The notes below the pieces were generated by a model, which worked only from the letters and a program-made list of their open reading frames with translations, was not told the origin of the DNA and did not search any database. Position numbers and translations under genes: made by a program. A stretch of DNA of 64,000 nucleotides from Nitrobacter sp. (lineage in GTDB: Bacteria; Pseudomonadota; Alphaproteobacteria; Rhizobiales; Xanthobacteraceae), in NCBI RefSeq assembly GCF_051535235.1, contig NZ_JBPPLZ010000012.1, forward strand, positions 801 through 64,800, in the 5' to 3' direction. This document shows positions 61,779 through 64,000 of the stretch, one piece after another. How positions within the stretch are numbered: the stretch's first letter is position 1; each line of letters starts with the position of its first letter.

Positions 61779-62909
61779 ATGGCCTCGGTACGCAAGCGCA
61801 CCTGGACAGCCCCAAGCGGTGAAACCAAGACGGCTTGGATGGTGGACTATGCTGACAGCCGTGGTGATCGACAGCGAAAGCATTTCCCCACGAAGAAGGC
61901 AGCCGATGCATTCCGCATCAGTGTTGAGGGGCAATTACAGACCGGCATCTATCGGCCCGACGCGAGCAAGCTAACAATGCAGAAGGCGGCGGAGAGTTTC
62001 CTAGAACGATGCAAGGGCAGGCACGCCCGCGACGAGCGAATGACGCGCAAGATGCTGGTGGTCTACACCGGCCACGTCAACAATCACATCCTGCACCGTG
62101 AGCGTGGCGTTGCGGCTTGGAAACTATCGCAATTAACCGCCAAAGCCGTTGGCGAGTTTCGGGATCGGCTTCGGACGGCGGGCGTGAGTGTGCCAACAAC
62201 GCGCAAAATCCTCTCAACCCTGCATGGCATTATTGAACACGCGGTCTCTCAAGATTGGATTGCCACGAATGCAGCGCAGGGAGTCAGGGTGATCGGCAGC
62301 CGAAGCGAAGGCTCTAAGAAAGTTGTGCCACCGCCAAAGGAAGCTATGCGGGCACTACTCGCCAACGCCGCTGACGACGATTTGCGGCTCAAGCTGATCT
62401 TCGCCGCATCCACAGGCGCAAGGGCTGGTGAGCAATGGGCTGCGAAATGGGACGATGTGGACTTTGATAAGAGCGAGTTGAATATTCGAGCCCGCGTTGA
62501 CGCCTATGGCGAGGAAGGCGCACCCAAGAGCGCAGCAGGGGTGCGCACGGTACCGCTATCGGATCAATTGATGTCGGCGCTCAAGGCTTGGAAGCTGCGC
62601 TCGAAGTTCTCAAAGCCCAGCGATCTAATCTTTCCCAACAAGCAAGGCAGGCACACCAGCCACGACAACTTAGTGAAGCGTCGTTTCCTTCCCCTATTCG
62701 CCGGGCTCGGCCTTGAGCGATTCAACTGGCATGGGCTCCGGCACTTCGCCATATCGTGTTGGATCGAAGCGGGCATGTCCCCAAAGACTGTGCAAACTTT
62801 TGCGGGCCACGCATCGCTCCAAGTCACGATGGATCGCTACGGCCATCTATTCCCCAGCGACAGCCATAAGCGGGCAATGGATCAAATCGCCAAGGGACTT
62901 TTCAGCTAG
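61779..62909 (+). CDS. tyrosine integrase
   Basis: N-terminal arm-binding domain; TGARAGE, PKS, HGLRH, AGH, DRYGH; adjacent to att. Confidence 0.93.
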   Translation: MASVRKRTWTAPSGETKTAWMVDYADSRGDRQRKHFPTKKAADAFRISVEGQLQTGIYRPDASKLTMQKAAESFLERCKGRHARDERMTRKMLVVYTGHVNNHILHRERGVAAWKLSQLTAKAVGEFRDRLRTAGVSVPTTRKILSTLHGIIEHAVSQDWIATNAAQGVRVIGSRSEGSKKVVPPPKEAMRALLANAADDDLRLKLIFAASTGARAGEQWAAKWDDVDFDKSELNIRARVDAYGEEGAPKSAAGVRTVPLSDQLMSALKAWKLRSKFSKPSDLIFPNKQGRHTSHDNLVKRRFLPLFAGLGLERFNWHGLRHFAISCWIEAGMSPKTVQTFAGHASLQVTMDRYGHLFPSDSHKRAMDQIAKGLFS

Positions 62910-62937
62910 AACAGTGAGCGAACAACTCGCTGGTTCA

Positions 62938-62954
62938 TGTGCCATCTATGTGCC
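62938..62954 (+). promoter_or_regulatory. integrase arm-type sites (TGTGCC x2), right end
   Basis: Matches the pair at 54649-54665. Confidence 0.6.
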
Positions 62955-63046
62955 ACGCACTCGCGGGCACGACGAAGGACGACACGGTAACCCGTTGGTT
63001 TTGCAAGGCATTCGCTGGCACCACGAATATGCCCGGCTTAGAAACG

Positions 63047-63083
63047 ATTTCGCCCGCTAAGCCGTTGACCTAGCGGGCGAAAT
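63047..63083 (-). terminator. hairpin 3' of tRNA-Met, carried by the element
   Basis: ATTTCGCCCGCTA-N11-TAGCGGGCGAAAT. Confidence 0.6.
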
Positions 63084-63084
63084 T

Positions 63085-63161
<77 letters not shown>

Positions 63162-63415
63162 CTAAACTTTCGCGTGCCTTCGAGGACCCATACCGGAGAG
63201 TGACTTTATCGACGCTTGAAGGCGTCGACTGATGACCGGCCCGAGGCTCCTGAGAAGGCGACCCGGGCAAATGCCCGCGGTGCGCAGCGTATGTACCAAC
63301 ACGAGTCTGCTTTGGAAAGGGCTGCTGCGGATATTTTCTGAGTTTTATGAAGCCGATGGCGGTCTATAGCGCCTTCGAGGGGAGCATCCTCGGGCTTGAT
63401 CCGATGATGAACATC

Positions 63416-63452
63416 CGTTCGGGTGAAGAAAACGCGTCAAAACACTATCTAG
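63416..63452. repeat. partial copy of the REP/RIME-like repeat found at 19666
   Basis: 22 bp identical to 19701-19722. Confidence 0.65.
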
Positions 63453-63790
63453 ACCGCTACCCGATCTGAATGAATCGAGATTCCCAAATCGACGTTGCGG
63501 CGATTCAAGTTGTCTACGGGAAGAAAGGCGGCAGATATGTCGAAAGCTCTATTGGTCGATCTTCGGAACGTGCGGTGGCAACGCGGTGCGTGCTGGCGCA
63601 ACCCAGCACGAGGCAGCTGAACGTTTTGGTGTGGCGCGGCCAGCGTCAGCCGTTGGCAGAGGGTGGAGCGCCCGCCGAGTGATGTGCCGACCGGAAGCGC
63701 TCGGGGTGACCGCAAGTCGGGCCGCATCGACGCTCACAGCCGTCGCAGAAGCGCTCGGCCCTCAACTTCGGTGAATTTCATAACCTGTTA
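63450..63790 (+). pseudogene. IS630-family transposase remnant
   Basis: MSKALLVDLR, then frameshifted AGATQHEAAERFGV..ASVSRW HTH; left end begins at a TA. Confidence 0.6.
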
Positions 63791-63804
63791 GCGAGGGCCG
63801 ACTG

Positions 63805-64000
63805 TTAGCGAGGACTGAGGGCAGGAATCAGATTGCTCGCGAGCTTCCTGACCAGACCGACGAAGGCTGCTGTCCAGGCCAATAGCGCGACATAAATAAA
63901 AACATCGGCAATGGGACGCAGGAAATCCAGCCGCATGGCGCTAGCCATCTCATAAGTACAGACAGTGTACATTCCTAACGGAAAGACTGCACTCCAATAG
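63805..64000 (-). CDS. tellurite resistance/C4-dicarboxylate transporter (SLAC1/TDT) family, C-terminal part
   Basis: YWSAVFPLGMYTV motif; runs off the window edge. Confidence 0.7.
   Translation of the reverse strand, partial: YWSAVFPLGMYTVCTYEMASAMRLDFLRPIADVFIYVALLAWTAAFVGLVRKLASNLIPALSPR

Noticed and set aside
54597-63084. Complete prophage or ICE
   Set aside because: No capsid, portal, TerL, tail, lysis, relaxase or T4SS genes recognisable in 8.5 kb

Overview
GC-rich chromosomal window from an alphaproteobacterium of the Bradyrhizobium/Nitrobacteraceae type (judged from gcrA, the argD-argF and pho/pst gene order, and the repeat families). About 1-42.5 kb is mostly core genome: M23 peptidase, TAXI-TRAP transporter, glycerate kinase, Cox11-cytochrome c fusion, nnrS with an NnrR box, typA, argFD, gcrA, phoR-pstSCAB-phoU-phoB with a Pho box, rpmF, mtgA, ispA. 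About 42.6-63.2 kb is a layered island at an initiator tRNA-Met (63085-63161, minus strand). It holds (i) a DUF2946/TonB-receptor pair, (ii) a heavily decayed ICE (fragments of a methylase/strawberry-notch gene, a PIN toxin-antitoxin pair, an integrase and ardC) around an intact FecI-FecR-FecA-type iron-uptake cluster, and (iii) an apparently intact 8.5-kb element bounded by a 45-bp tRNA direct repeat. That element encodes an integrase, an excisionase, a Zn-finger regulator candidate, DUF3102, a string of small unknown ORFs, a DUF5906 helicase with an adjacent iteron origin, a TerS-like protein and a second, FimB-like tyrosine recombinase next to a palindromic site. No capsid, tail or conjugation genes are recognisable in it. 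It looks like a phage-satellite (PICI-like) element and is the best candidate for an undescribed system. All family assignments come from motif recognition by eye; no database search was run.
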